Positions 1-9,972 of a stretch of 64,000 nt of DNA are shown here, in pieces; within the stretch, counting starts at the first letter, position 1, and each line of letters begins with the position of its first letter. Position numbers and translations under genes: made by a program. Source of the DNA: Candidatus Nomurabacteria bacterium (lineage in GTDB: Bacteria > Patescibacteriota > Dojkabacteria > SC72 > JAHDCA01). Where the stretch lies: contig JACKFR010000002.1 of the NCBI GenBank assembly GCA_020632375.1, positions 118,771-182,770 on the forward strand, written 5' to 3'. The notes below the pieces were generated by a model. The model ran no database searches, was not told where the DNA came from, and saw only the letters and a program-made list of their open reading frames with translations.

Positions 1-1168
1 CTTTTTCTGCTTTTGATTGCTTCGTCTACTGTTCTTACTTTCTTGAACCAAAATACACTTGGCATAATCCAGCTTTGAATATCACTCAATGACATATATC
101 CCATTTTTAGACTGTTATTGATAGCTTGAATACCTATATTTAGTTGCTCTTTCGTTAATCCTTTCGAGACAATGTTTTCCAGCTCATTAAAAATAATCTG
201 ATAGACTTCAAGCATCTTGTCATCAGATGTAGTGAAAATAATGTCAAGAAGCCCTTTTGTCTGAGGTTCAAATGAAGTGGATGCACCGACACTATAGAGT
301 AGTCCTCTTTCTTTTCGGAGTTTGTTAAAAAGAATACTGCTTCGATAGTTTGCAAACATGTTTCCAAGAATTACAGCAGCTTGCCTGCTTTTGTAGCTAT
401 CATTTATCAATGATAGAGAGGGAAAGCTTATTATTCCAACTGCTTCGCCATCGGTTTTATCTGCTCGAGTAACTATTTTTTGATTTGAATACTTGTATTG
501 AGCCCATTCATCACGGGTGATTTGTTTTTTATACATTGGAATATTGCCGAAGTATTTTTTTGCCTCAACAATTGCTTTATCGATATTTATATTGCCAACA
601 ATTGAAAGGGTTACATTGTCAGGAGAAAGAATATATTTGTACCAATCGATCAAAGCCTTTCTTGATACCGATCTGATATAAGATTTTGTCCCCATTATCT
701 TGAGAGGAGCCTCTCCGTTAAGGTATCTTTCTCTTTTCCAGAATTCGTTAAATTTCTTATATCTTCTGTTTTCGTACCCGTGTATCTCATCAAGTATTGC
801 TTCTCTTTCTGTTTTGAGTTTGTTCTCAGGAAAAGTAGCTTCGCTCATCGCACTTGAAATAAATCGAAGTCCAAGATCAAGCTGATTATCGGGAAGAGCA
901 ATTTTGAGATTAATGCTTTCGTTGTCTGTCGAGCCGTTATATCCACCTCCAAGAATTTCTATCTCTTCATCAAATTTGTCTATATTTGGAAACTGTTTTG
1001 AGCCGGATAACGCCATATGCTCAACAAAGTGACTTATACCAGAATTTGCTTTTGTCTCGAGAAGAGGGCCGGCTTTCGCCTCGATTTCAACTCTTACAGC
1101 TTTAAAGACTGATGTCTTAGCGACAACGACAGTAAGTCCGTTTTTAAATGTGATTACTTTATTTTCCA
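1..1168 (-). CDS. M16 (pitrilysin/insulinase) family zinc peptidase; the C-terminal end runs off the window
   Basis: Absent from the ORF track because the frame is open to the window edge. Manual translation from ATG (1168-1166) gives MENKVITFKNGLTVVVAK...SGISHFVEHMALSGSKQF, which contains the HxxEH inverted zinc motif of M16 peptidases. Further on it gives ...LFNKLRKERGLLYSVGAS, which resembles the M16 C-terminal domain. No stop occurs down to position 1. Confidence 0.8.
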
Positions 1169-1205
1169 TAGTTGCGATTATACACCATATGCAATATATT
1201 AGGTT

Positions 1206-1943
1206 ATGATATCAGTAAAAATTGACCCTTTGAAAAGTATTAATGACAATGTCAGAATGCACTCTGATGGAGAAGTTAAGTATACTTTTGAAGTTGCTCC
1301 GGTTGACTATATTGTTAAAGACTACAATTCTCCTAAATTCTACATCTCAGAACATAAACTGATTTTTTCTTTTGATGATCAGCTTGAAGTGTACAATTTG
1401 CAAGAGCTTGAGCTGGAAGTAATCGGCTCAAAGCCAATGTTCTCTGTGTTTCAGCAAATCCTCGAAGGGAGATACTATTATACTGGGTATGGTAGCCAGG
1501 CGGCATCCTTTGAAAAGCTGAAAAAGCTCGATACACCTACCCGATTTTCTTTGACTGAACCTCAGAAAGTGCCTAGAGAGTTCTATTGGAGAAAGTCTTT
1601 CGAGATAGGAAAAGGGTATCAGACTTGGGCGATGGCTAAAATTATTATTCTTTTAAAAAACAAGCAGCAAGTAGATCCTTTATTTAATGAGATGCTTGAA
1701 GGCGAATTCTCAACTTTTAACAGTAAAACAGTATTTTTATTCACTGCGACTTTTGCTTTTTATGTACTTTTAAAAATAACTTTACTGAAGGCAGCTTCCG
1801 AATTTTTAGATAATGTTTTTGACGGCATGTTTATCATTATCTTGATAGGGTTTTTTGCTTGGACAATTATGTCAATAAATAAGAATTTAAAGCGCTTTGA
1901 AACCCTTTATAATTCAAGCTCAATTGATTCTCCTGCTGTGTGA
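1206..1943 (+). CDS. hypothetical membrane protein
   Basis: 245-aa ORF with ATG start. No motif recognised. Two hydrophobic helices lie near the C-terminus (VFLFTATFAFYVLLKITLL, MFIIILIGFFAWTIMSI). Confidence 0.45.
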   Translation: MISVKIDPLKSINDNVRMHSDGEVKYTFEVAPVDYIVKDYNSPKFYISEHKLIFSFDDQLEVYNLQELELEVIGSKPMFSVFQQILEGRYYYTGYGSQAASFEKLKKLDTPTRFSLTEPQKVPREFYWRKSFEIGKGYQTWAMAKIIILLKNKQQVDPLFNEMLEGEFSTFNSKTVFLFTATFAFYVLLKITLLKAASEFLDNVFDGMFIIILIGFFAWTIMSINKNLKRFETLYNSSSIDSPAV

Positions 1944-2032
1944 CTAATAGAGTTCATTAACGTATAATGTCTTGATTACCTAGTTAAGTATCTTCGAGTT
2001 ACTAAGCAGAATTAAAATTCACTTGAAAATGA

Positions 2033-5000
2033 ATGAAGTATAACTTAGGCATTTCCGATTCTTCAAAAAATAGAAAGAGTAAAAAAAGATCTGGGTATGG
2101 GAAAACTCCAAAGTCATTCCAGCTTTCTTCCGCATCAATCAATCGAAACTCGTCACGTTCGTCAAGCAAAAGAAGAAACTATCTTAAATTTAGTAAGTTT
2201 GCTCCTTTTAAATCTGTTGGAATTCATTCCGGCTCCAAAAGACATGAGGGGGTGGCTTCTAACAAACTTAATCGAACTCAGAGATTTAAAGCCTTTTTAA
2301 AGAAGGCCTTTGGTATATCTATTGCTATCGGATTCCTTTTAGGTCTTATTTCTGTCATCGCTTTGGGAATATATCTCCAAAATCTTGAAAAATCTCTACC
2401 TGATCCAGACAAGCTTGTTGCTTGGAATGCAGACGAGACAACAATTATTTATGATCGCAATGGTAAAGAACTTTATAAAATTTTTGACGAGGAAAACCGT
2501 GAGTTCGCAAGTATAGATGAGATACCAGAAAACACAAAATGGGCTCTCTTAGCAGCTGAAGATGTAGAATTTTACCAGCATAAAGGCCTCGATTGGAAAG
2601 GTATTGTAAGATGCGGTTTCCAATCTGTTAATAGCTATTTGCAGGTAGGAAATAGCTCTGAGGGATGTGGGGCAAGTACAATTACCCAGCAGCTTGTCAG
2701 AAACACGATTATGTACCAGGTTTATGGCTCGGAAGCGTATGAAAGATCCTCATTCTTTAAGACTGTTAGAAGAAAATTTCGTGAGCTACTTGTTTCAATG
2801 CAGGTAGAACAAGCACTCACCAAAGACCAGATATTGCAACTTTATATGAATGAAATAAATCTTGGTGGGAATAACTATGGTTATGGTGCAGCAGCAAAGT
2901 CATATTTTGGTAAAGATGTTTCTGAATTAAACCTTGCTGAGAGTGCGATGCTTGCGGGAATTGTGCAACAGCCCTCTATTGCTTCTCCATTATACGGAAT
3001 TGATCCCGAGGTTGGTAAAGAGCGTCAGCAGTATGTCTTTGACCAGATGTTGAAATATAAAAAGCTCACCGGCGTGACAGAAGATGAAGTAAATGATGCT
3101 CGAAATACTGTATTAGAGTATAAAGCAGCAACTTCAGATATTCCTGCCTATCACTTTGTTTTTTATGTTAAACAGCTTTTGGAAGAGAAATATACTCCTG
3201 AAGTTGTTCAAAAGGGAGGCTTGAGAGTCACTACAACGCTAGATCTTTCTACTCAAAAGATTGCAGAAGAAGAACTTCGAAAAGGCATTGATGCATACGG
3301 CCACCCGTATGGTGTTATGAATGGAGCTATGGTTGTCTTGAATCCCAAAACAAACCAGATTCTTGCTATGGTTGGCTCTGTCGATCCTAATAAAACAGAC
3401 GATCCTAGAATTGATGGAAACGTAAATATTACTACTAGTCTTAGACAGATGGGATCTTCGTTTAAGCCATATGTTTACTTAACCGCTTTTCAGAAATATG
3501 GTCCTTGGATTGAAGCACCTGATATAAAACTTGATTTCGGCACTTATAAGCCTTCTAATTGGGATGATAAAAGCTACGGTTTGATGGTTGCAAGGCAGGC
3601 TCTCATTGAATCTCGAAATATCCCTGCAAACTACACAATGCAACTGGTAGGCATCGACCCAGTTTTACAGACAACTGAAAAAGTCGGTATCACAACGCTT
3701 AATGATAGGCAAAACTACGGGTTGAGTCTTGCTCTTGGGGCTGGTGAAATGAAGCTTCTTGAACATGCTCAAGGGTTTTCTACTTTTGCTACAGGTGGAA
3801 TTAGAAGAAATGTGACTCCCTTTATGAAAGTAGAAGATATTGATGGAAATATTCTTGAAGAATATAAGAAAACCCCCGGGAAGCGAATATTTGACGAGAA
3901 GGATGTCTATCTTTTGAACTGGGTTTTGTGTGATTTAGGTGGCTTTGGTGACCAGCCGTTTAATTATCGCTATATGATTGATGGCAAGCGAGCGATGTGC
4001 GGAAAGACAGGGACTACAAACGGTCCGAAAGACTTGATATCTATACAGTATCACAAGAACCTATTGGTCGCAGTCTGGGCCGGTAATAATAATAATGTAG
4101 AGACACCAGGTGCTTGGAGCACAACAGTGCCTCTTCCAATTGCTAGCTCATTTATGCAACGAGTTGCGGGTAAATATAAGCCAGAGCTTTATACTCGTCC
4201 TGCAGGAATTCTCTCTGCTACTGTCTGTAATGATACAGGAAGGCTTGCTTCAAATGATACTATGTGCAAAAAAGTTCCAACAATATATGTTCAAGGGCGT
4301 GCCCCTAAGAAAGATGAGAGAGAAGTGTTGCAGATTTGTAAGGACAGCGGCAAGATCTCAACAAATGTCGATGAGGCAAAGAGGTTTGACCTGCTAGAAG
4401 AAAAAACATATTTGAATTTCTCAATTGAAAATTCTCAGCAGCAATCTTCGTATAATAACTATTTCCTAAAAGACAAGAAGTCAGATATTCTTGTTAAGAA
4501 GCCGGACTCAGCCGATTGCGAGCTCCCGCTTGGCCCTCACGGAGAGCCAGTTGTTGAAATTACCTCTCCTGAAGATGGAATCAAGATTACTGCGGGGGAT
4601 AAAATTCTGGTGAAAACTGACGCCAGAGCAAAAGGATCTGTTGAATATGTAGAGCTTTTATTTAATAACAATTTAATTGATGGGTCTCAAGATGACTCTG
4701 CGCCTTATAATATGAACCTAACAATCCCTAAAGATACTCCGACCGGAACCTATACTTTAACCGCCAGGGCAGTCGACAATAATAATAAAGAAGGTACCGC
4801 AAGTATTTCTATTGAAGTTGAAGGAAAGGCTGCTTCTGCGACAGTAGAACTCTCTGATCCTGTTGCAGGATCGACTATCTCACTTCCTTATGACTTGGTA
4901 GCCCAAGTCAATTCATTTGATCCGGATCGTGTAATCTTTGCAATTAGCGGGGTTGATAATCCTTCTTATTCAAAGAGCTTTACTGATACAGACGGCTCAG

Positions 5001-5140
5001 ATGGCTGGTCTGTAAGTTGGGATGATGGTGCTTCTGCTGGAACATATTCAATTACAATATCTGCAGTTCAAGATGGAGTCGATATTGTACAAAGTGACCC
5101 AGCTACAGTCATAATTGCAGAGCCGGAACCAACTCCATAA
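2033..5140 (+). CDS. ponA: class A penicillin-binding protein (PBP1A-type transglycosylase/transpeptidase) with C-terminal Ig-like repeats
   Basis: GT51 motifs are present (EDVEFYQHKGLDW, GASTITQQL). The transpeptidase motifs are SxxK (SSFKPY), SxN (ESRN) and KTGTT. It has a roughly 90-aa basic N-terminal tail, one TM helix and two C-terminal Ig-like repeats. Confidence 0.93.
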   Translation: MKYNLGISDSSKNRKSKKRSGYGKTPKSFQLSSASINRNSSRSSSKRRNYLKFSKFAPFKSVGIHSGSKRHEGVASNKLNRTQRFKAFLKKAFGISIAIGFLLGLISVIALGIYLQNLEKSLPDPDKLVAWNADETTIIYDRNGKELYKIFDEENREFASIDEIPENTKWALLAAEDVEFYQHKGLDWKGIVRCGFQSVNSYLQVGNSSEGCGASTITQQLVRNTIMYQVYGSEAYERSSFFKTVRRKFRELLVSMQVEQALTKDQILQLYMNEINLGGNNYGYGAAAKSYFGKDVSELNLAESAMLAGIVQQPSIASPLYGIDPEVGKERQQYVFDQMLKYKKLTGVTEDEVNDARNTVLEYKAATSDIPAYHFVFYVKQLLEEKYTPEVVQKGGLRVTTTLDLSTQKIAEEELRKGIDAYGHPYGVMNGAMVVLNPKTNQILAMVGSVDPNKTDDPRIDGNVNITTSLRQMGSSFKPYVYLTAFQKYGPWIEAPDIKLDFGTYKPSNWDDKSYGLMVARQALIESRNIPANYTMQLVGIDPVLQTTEKVGITTLNDRQNYGLSLALGAGEMKLLEHAQGFSTFATGGIRRNVTPFMKVEDIDGNILEEYKKTPGKRIFDEKDVYLLNWVLCDLGGFGDQPFNYRYMIDGKRAMCGKTGTTNGPKDLISIQYHKNLLVAVWAGNNNNVETPGAWSTTVPLPIASSFMQRVAGKYKPELYTRPAGILSATVCNDTGRLASNDTMCKKVPTIYVQGRAPKKDEREVLQICKDSGKISTNVDEAKRFDLLEEKTYLNFSIENSQQQSSYNNYFLKDKKSDILVKKPDSADCELPLGPHGEPVVEITSPEDGIKITAGDKILVKTDARAKGSVEYVELLFNNNLIDGSQDDSAPYNMNLTIPKDTPTGTYTLTARAVDNNNKEGTASISIEVEGKAASATVELSDPVAGSTISLPYDLVAQVNSFDPDRVIFAISGVDNPSYSKSFTDTDGSDGWSVSWDDGASAGTYSITISAVQDGVDIVQSDPATVIIAEPEPTP

Positions 5141-5149
5141 GTTCATAAT

Positions 5150-7675
5150 TTAGTTTTCTTTTATTTCTCCACCAGTCTTCTTTGTGACTTCAGAGATTAC
5201 TTTGTTTCTGATTGTTCCAATTTCCTCTGAAGTAAGTGTCTTAGACCTCGGGGTAAGTGTTACTCTTATTGTAACCTGTTTTTGTTGATTCTCTGCTTGC
5301 TCCTGTGACTGGTAGATATCTACAATGTCTAAATTCATTAATACTTCAGATGGCTTAATTGATTCTATAGCTTCAGCAATATCTGAATATCGTAACTCAT
5401 GTTTTACTACAAAACAAAAGTCATTTGTAACTGAAGGATATTTTGAAGGTTCAATGTAATCACGGCTATTATTCGTTAACGACTTAATTACCGATAGGTC
5501 TAGCTCAAATCCTGATATAAAATTAGGAAGACTGAGCTTCTGTTTTGTTACAGATGAAAGCCCACCAATAACTCCTAGATAGTAGGTCTCTTTTTCTCTT
5601 TTTGTTGTTACTACTGCACTGGCATTTGGATCTAATCCGTTTAATAAGTCCTTGATCCATAGTGGACATTGTTTTTGGTCAGTGCTATCGACTGTATTAT
5701 ATTTACATCTTGAAACCCCTAGTGAAGTAAGAAGTTCTGAAGCATAAAGCTTTGACATATAATAAGGAGATCCCGAATATAGTGACTTTTCTGTTTTTCC
5801 GCCAGCCGCAAAGATAAGTGCAACAGATTGCAACTCTACAGGAAGCCCATCTTCTTGAAGGACGGTTTTATTATGAGACTTGTTTATCTCAAACAATGCC
5901 ATCTCAGTGTATCCTTCTCGAAGATTTTCATTCACTTTTTCTGTAACGGAAGGGAGTAATGAAGTTCTCATATACTCTAGTTCCGGAGACAGTGCATTCT
6001 TCAAGTGATAGGCATAATCAATATTTAGACCAAAGGATTTAAAAAGCTTCTGGCTTGTAAAGTTGTATGTCAGGATTTCATCAGCTCCGAATGAAGTCAA
6101 TTCTCGCCTTACTTTTTTCTGGAGTTCGACAGAGCTGTTAGGTTTTGCAGGAACTATTGTTTTATGCGGGAATGATATTTGTATTTTGTTATAGCCATAA
6201 AGACGACCAACCTCTTCGTGTATATCTTCTCGGATATTTAAGTCCCCTCTATATGTCGGTATATCAACAATTATTTCATCGCCACTGACTTTACTTGTTT
6301 TCAATTCGACATTTGTAAGAGTTACGCAGACATCATCAGCTTTAAAATGTGTGCCGAGATGAGCATTTAGTCTTTTTAATGAAATATGAATTTGTTTTGG
6401 CTCTCTTTTGATGAGATATGAGTCTTCTAAATCACTGGCAATCTTACCAGTCGCTAACTCTTTTACCATCTCAACAGCTTTTATGATTATTGGTTTGCAC
6501 TGGTTTGGATCTTGACCTTTTGAAAATCTCGTGACGGCATCGGTATAAATTCCAAGCCTCATTGACGACCTTCGGACATTATACATATCGAAGTTCGCAC
6601 ATTCGAGAAGAATATTCTTTGTATTTGAGTCAATTTCTGTATCAAGGCCTCCCATTATTCCACCTATTCCGATCGGGCTTTGGCTATCACAAATAACAAC
6701 TACGTTGTCCAGCAGGTTAACTGTTTTATCATCCAGAGTTGTTATAGTCTCCTCTTTCTTTGCTGTTCTTATGACTATATTTACAGTATCTTTCGAATTG
6801 GTATCTCTGGCCAGAATCTTATCGTAATCATATGCATGCATCGGCTGGCCTGTCAGGATCATCAGGTAGTTAGTTATATCGACAATATTGTTTACTGGTC
6901 GCAAGCCAACTTTTCTTAGGAGTGCTTGGAGCCACAAAGGAGAATCTCCAACTCTGATGTCTGACATCGAGATTGCAGTAAACCTATTACATAAGCTTTT
7001 TGCATCGTTCTGAATCTTTACAGGCAAGTTAATATCTGAATCTATTGTTATCGATTCTTCCGGATTCAGATACCAGTCAGGCGAAACAAAAGGAGTACAT
7101 TGAATACCTGCAATCTCTCTCGCTATACCAAGTACCCCGAAACAGTCTGCCCTATTTGCTAAGGCTTTGTTCTCAATATCGATGATTGTATCATTAAAGT
7201 CCATTACATCTGCAAAGCTTGTGCCAGGCACTTTATCGGTCTGAAGCCTCATTACAATTTTATGATTGTTTGATAAATCGAGTTCTTTTGCTGAAGCCAT
7301 CATTCCAACTGACTCTTTACCGCCTAGTTTTGCTGTGCCGACAACATTGTTGTTATCTACATTATTAAAATCTGATGGAAGCGTGATTCCAGGGGGAAAA
7401 TATGCAACTTTATCTCCTACTTGTAGTGTTCTATCTCCTGCTACAACTTGGACTGGGTTATTTTCTCCGATATTCAACTGATAGACAGCTAGCTTGTCTG
7501 AGTCAGCAATGTCTTGAGAGCTAACAACCTCTGCAACAAGAACGTTTTTATACACTTCGTTTAAGTTTTCGACCGTTTCAACCTCCCCTAGCTGAGCTCT
7601 AATCTTTGCGATGAGTTCTTCATCGTTGAGATTGATCGATGTGTATTGTCTAATCCAATTAAGAGGAACTTTCAT
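5150..7675 (-). CDS. pheT: phenylalanine--tRNA ligase beta subunit
   Basis: The track ORF is 5150..7726. I place the start at ATG 7675 (MKVPLNWIRQY..., a typical PheT N-terminus), 19 nt after the pheS stop. It follows pheS and contains a B3/4-type segment (RPVNNIVDITNYLMILTGQPMHAYD). Confidence 0.93.
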   Translation of the reverse strand: MKVPLNWIRQYTSINLNDEELIAKIRAQLGEVETVENLNEVYKNVLVAEVVSSQDIADSDKLAVYQLNIGENNPVQVVAGDRTLQVGDKVAYFPPGITLPSDFNNVDNNNVVGTAKLGGKESVGMMASAKELDLSNNHKIVMRLQTDKVPGTSFADVMDFNDTIIDIENKALANRADCFGVLGIAREIAGIQCTPFVSPDWYLNPEESITIDSDINLPVKIQNDAKSLCNRFTAISMSDIRVGDSPLWLQALLRKVGLRPVNNIVDITNYLMILTGQPMHAYDYDKILARDTNSKDTVNIVIRTAKKEETITTLDDKTVNLLDNVVVICDSQSPIGIGGIMGGLDTEIDSNTKNILLECANFDMYNVRRSSMRLGIYTDAVTRFSKGQDPNQCKPIIIKAVEMVKELATGKIASDLEDSYLIKREPKQIHISLKRLNAHLGTHFKADDVCVTLTNVELKTSKVSGDEIIVDIPTYRGDLNIREDIHEEVGRLYGYNKIQISFPHKTIVPAKPNSSVELQKKVRRELTSFGADEILTYNFTSQKLFKSFGLNIDYAYHLKNALSPELEYMRTSLLPSVTEKVNENLREGYTEMALFEINKSHNKTVLQEDGLPVELQSVALIFAAGGKTEKSLYSGSPYYMSKLYASELLTSLGVSRCKYNTVDSTDQKQCPLWIKDLLNGLDPNASAVVTTKREKETYYLGVIGGLSSVTKQKLSLPNFISGFELDLSVIKSLTNNSRDYIEPSKYPSVTNDFCFVVKHELRYSDIAEAIESIKPSEVLMNLDIVDIYQSQEQAENQQKQVTIRVTLTPRSKTLTSEEIGTIRNKVISEVTKKTGGEIKEN

Positions 7676-7694
7676 ACTTTTGTATATTGTAAAC

Positions 7695-8735
7695 TTAGAA
7701 TTGTTTAATGAAATTAAGGTTCCCACTATGGAGCCATCTTATATCTTCAATTCCATTTTTGATCATAACTAAACGATCTAAACCAAATCCCCAAGCAAAG
7801 CCTGAATATTTTTCCGGATCAAGGCCACCTTCTTTTAAAACATTGGGGTGAATCATTCCACAACCCATTGCTTCAATCCATCCCGTTTTCCCACAGATAT
7901 TGCATCCGGCTTGAGCACAGAACGGACAACTTATTAAAAATTCCAGATCAGGTTCAGTAAAAGGGAAAAACGCCGGCTGTACCTTTGCTTTAAGTTCAGT
8001 GTTGAAAAATGCTTCTAAGTAAGTTTTAATTGTTCCAATCATATCTCCCAATGATATCCCTTGGTCGACATACACTCCTTCAATCTGATGAAGAGTATGC
8101 TCATGACTGGCATCAGTCGCTTCGTTTCTATAGCAACGACCAGGAATCACAACGCGTATTGGTGGTTCGTATTTTCGAAGAACACGGTTTTGCATTGTCG
8201 AAGTGTGTGCTGGAGGAATAAGGTTTTCGTCGGTCCAAAATGTATCCCATAGATCTCTTGCAGGGTGTCCTTTGGGGAAGTTAAGTGCTTCAAACATATT
8301 ATAGTCGTTGTCTATTTGTCGACACTCTTCTATGTCAAATCCCATTGATGTAAAGATACCGAGGATATATTCTAGCTCTTGAGTTAGTGGATGCTGTGAC
8401 CCAGGTTGAGAAAGAAGTTTCGGTTTTTTTTCTTCCGGGGTATTAATGTCGAATTTGGCTGTTACATCTATTTGCTTTGAGGTAGATATCTTGTTTAGCT
8501 CGGTAAATGCTTTCTGTTCAAGACTTTCTTCAATGTATTGCTTGAGCGTGTTCGCTTCTTTTCCGTATTCTGCTCTCTTTTCTTTTGCTATTGTACCGAT
8601 TTTCTTAAGTTGAGAAGAAAAGAGTCCTTGTTTGCCGAGGTACTTTGCTTTAAGCTCTTTTGTAGATTTTTCAGATTTAAGGTCTCTTTCGATTTCTGTC
8701 GCCAGTTTCTTAAGATCAGAGTTTTTGTATTCCAT
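7695..8735 (-). CDS. pheS: phenylalanine--tRNA ligase alpha subunit
   Basis: 346 aa with class II aaRS/PheS motifs (GHPARDLWDTFW, CYRNEATDASHEHTLHQIEG, GFAWGFGLDRL). Sits immediately upstream of pheT. Confidence 0.95.
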   Translation of the reverse strand: MEYKNSDLKKLATEIERDLKSEKSTKELKAKYLGKQGLFSSQLKKIGTIAKEKRAEYGKEANTLKQYIEESLEQKAFTELNKISTSKQIDVTAKFDINTPEEKKPKLLSQPGSQHPLTQELEYILGIFTSMGFDIEECRQIDNDYNMFEALNFPKGHPARDLWDTFWTDENLIPPAHTSTMQNRVLRKYEPPIRVVIPGRCYRNEATDASHEHTLHQIEGVYVDQGISLGDMIGTIKTYLEAFFNTELKAKVQPAFFPFTEPDLEFLISCPFCAQAGCNICGKTGWIEAMGCGMIHPNVLKEGGLDPEKYSGFAWGFGLDRLVMIKNGIEDIRWLHSGNLNFIKQF

Positions 8736-8780
8736 CTGTTTTTGTTTCAGTTTATCTAAAAGATTATATCGGTTTTTAAC

Positions 8781-8811
8781 AAAAAAAGGGCCTTAATACT
8801 TTAAGGCCCCG
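8781..8811 (-). terminator. rho-independent terminator/attenuator between rplT and pheS
   Basis: The minus strand reads GGGCCTTAA-agta-TTAAGGCCC followed by TTTTTTT. It lies about 25 nt after the rplT stop. Confidence 0.75.
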
Positions 8812-8833
8812 GTAATCCAATTCAAAATTGAAC

Positions 8834-9172
8834 TTACAAGGACTTAACTATGCTGCTAAATGATTCCGGATATTTGAATGCAATTTCAGCAAGTGTTTTT
8901 TTGTTAAGTTCTGATTTAGAGTCTTTCAGCTTTTTCATTAATTCGCTATATTTGAGACCGTTTTGATTTGCTGCTGCTGAGATTCTGCTGATCCAAAGTC
9001 TTCTCATCTGACCTAATCTCTTTTTTCTATCATTGAATGAATACTGACCAGCGTGCATATATGATTCATGAGCAACTCTATAGAGTCTGCTCCTTGTCAT
9101 CCGATATCCTTTAGTTTTGGAAAGAATCTTGTTGTGTTTTCTTCGTCTTACTGTTCCGCCTTTGACTCTCAT
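8834..9172 (-). CDS. rplT: 50S ribosomal protein L20
   Basis: 112 aa, MRVKGGTVRRRKHNKILSKTKGYRMTRSRLYRVAHE... Conserved position after rpmI. Confidence 0.95.
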   Translation of the reverse strand: MRVKGGTVRRRKHNKILSKTKGYRMTRSRLYRVAHESYMHAGQYSFNDRKKRLGQMRRLWISRISAAANQNGLKYSELMKKLKDSKSELNKKTLAEIAFKYPESFSSIVKSL

Positions 9173-9192
9173 AATATGTGTTGATTAATTAA

Positions 9193-9411
9193 CTAGAGAC
9201 TTACTACTTTCTTATATTTTTTTGAGATTGTCTGATCAAGGTTTCTTCTTACTGACTTTCTTCTTTTTGCTCTTGTTGACTTTTTTGTCCTCAGATGGTG
9301 CTGAGCGCTTTGCTTGTACCTGATCTTTGGCTTTCTGTTCCCTTTCGGATTTGTCATCCTTAGACGTTTTAATGCTGTTTTGGGACTTTTTTTTGTCTTT
9401 GCTCGACCCAT
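9193..9411 (-). CDS. rpmI: 50S ribosomal protein L35
   Basis: The track ORF is 9193..9483. The internal ATG at 9411 gives a 72-aa basic protein, MGRAKTKKSPKTALKRLRMT...HHLRTKKSTRAKRRK, which is L35-like. An AGGA lies just upstream. It sits between infC and rplT. Confidence 0.85.
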   Translation of the reverse strand: MGRAKTKKSPKTALKRLRMTNPKGNRKPKIRYKQSAQHHLRTKKSTRAKRRKSVRRNLDQTISKKYKKVVSL

Positions 9412-9946
9412 TTCCTTTAAATGTAATAAATATGTCTCTACCTTGACGTTTAAGTTCGGGTTCGATACTACTATACTGTTCAAATTTAGTCAATATTCCG
9501 GTAAAAGTTGCTCTTGCCTGTTCCTCTGGTTGCCTACCTCGTCTTCTCATCGTTAGTTTTACATTATGCCCCTTTTCTAAATATTCAATAGCGCGTCTGA
9601 TCTTAAAAGCTGCATCATTCTCTGTAATGAGAGGCGTAAATCTAAACTCTTTCATCTCTTTGACTTTGCTAAGTTTTCTTCCTTTTCTCATCTTTTTTCT
9701 CTGCTCATATAGATATTTGGAGTAATCCATAATCTTGCATACCGGTGGTGTTGATTTGGGGTTAACCTCTACTAAATCCATTTCTGCTTCTTTTGCTTTT
9801 GACATTGCAACTTGAATTGGCACAGTGCCTAGATTCTCGCCATTGGAATCTATTAGGCTTACTTCTTGCGACCTAATATCATAGTTTTTTCTAAGTGAAT
9901 TGGTATCTTCTTTTCTAAAATTGCGCTGATAGTTTTTCTTGTACAT
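9236..9946 (-). CDS. infC: translation initiation factor IF-3 with a Lys-rich C-terminal tail
   Basis: IF3 hallmark sequence is present (EVSLIDSNGENLGTVPIQVAMSKAKEAEMDLVEVNPKSTPPVCKIMDYSKYLYEQRKK; HNVKLTMRRRGRQ). The IF3 core ends near ...RDIFITFKGNG. About 55 further K/S/D-rich codons overlap rpmI out of frame. Confidence 0.9.
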   Translation of the reverse strand: MYKKNYQRNFRKEDTNSLRKNYDIRSQEVSLIDSNGENLGTVPIQVAMSKAKEAEMDLVEVNPKSTPPVCKIMDYSKYLYEQRKKMRKGRKLSKVKEMKEFRFTPLITENDAAFKIRRAIEYLEKGHNVKLTMRRRGRQPEEQARATFTGILTKFEQYSSIEPELKRQGRDIFITFKGNGSSKDKKKSQNSIKTSKDDKSEREQKAKDQVQAKRSAPSEDKKVNKSKKKKVSKKKP

Positions 9947-9972
9947 ATAATGGAAATTAATTTAATTGAAAA

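Noticed and set aside
9412-9483. The 24-codon N-terminal extension of the L35 ORF (track start 9483)
   Set aside because: The extension (MNSIVVSNPNLNVKVETYLLHLKE) is unlike L35 and lies inside the conserved IF3 C-terminal domain coding region. The internal ATG at 9411 gives a normal 72-aa L35.
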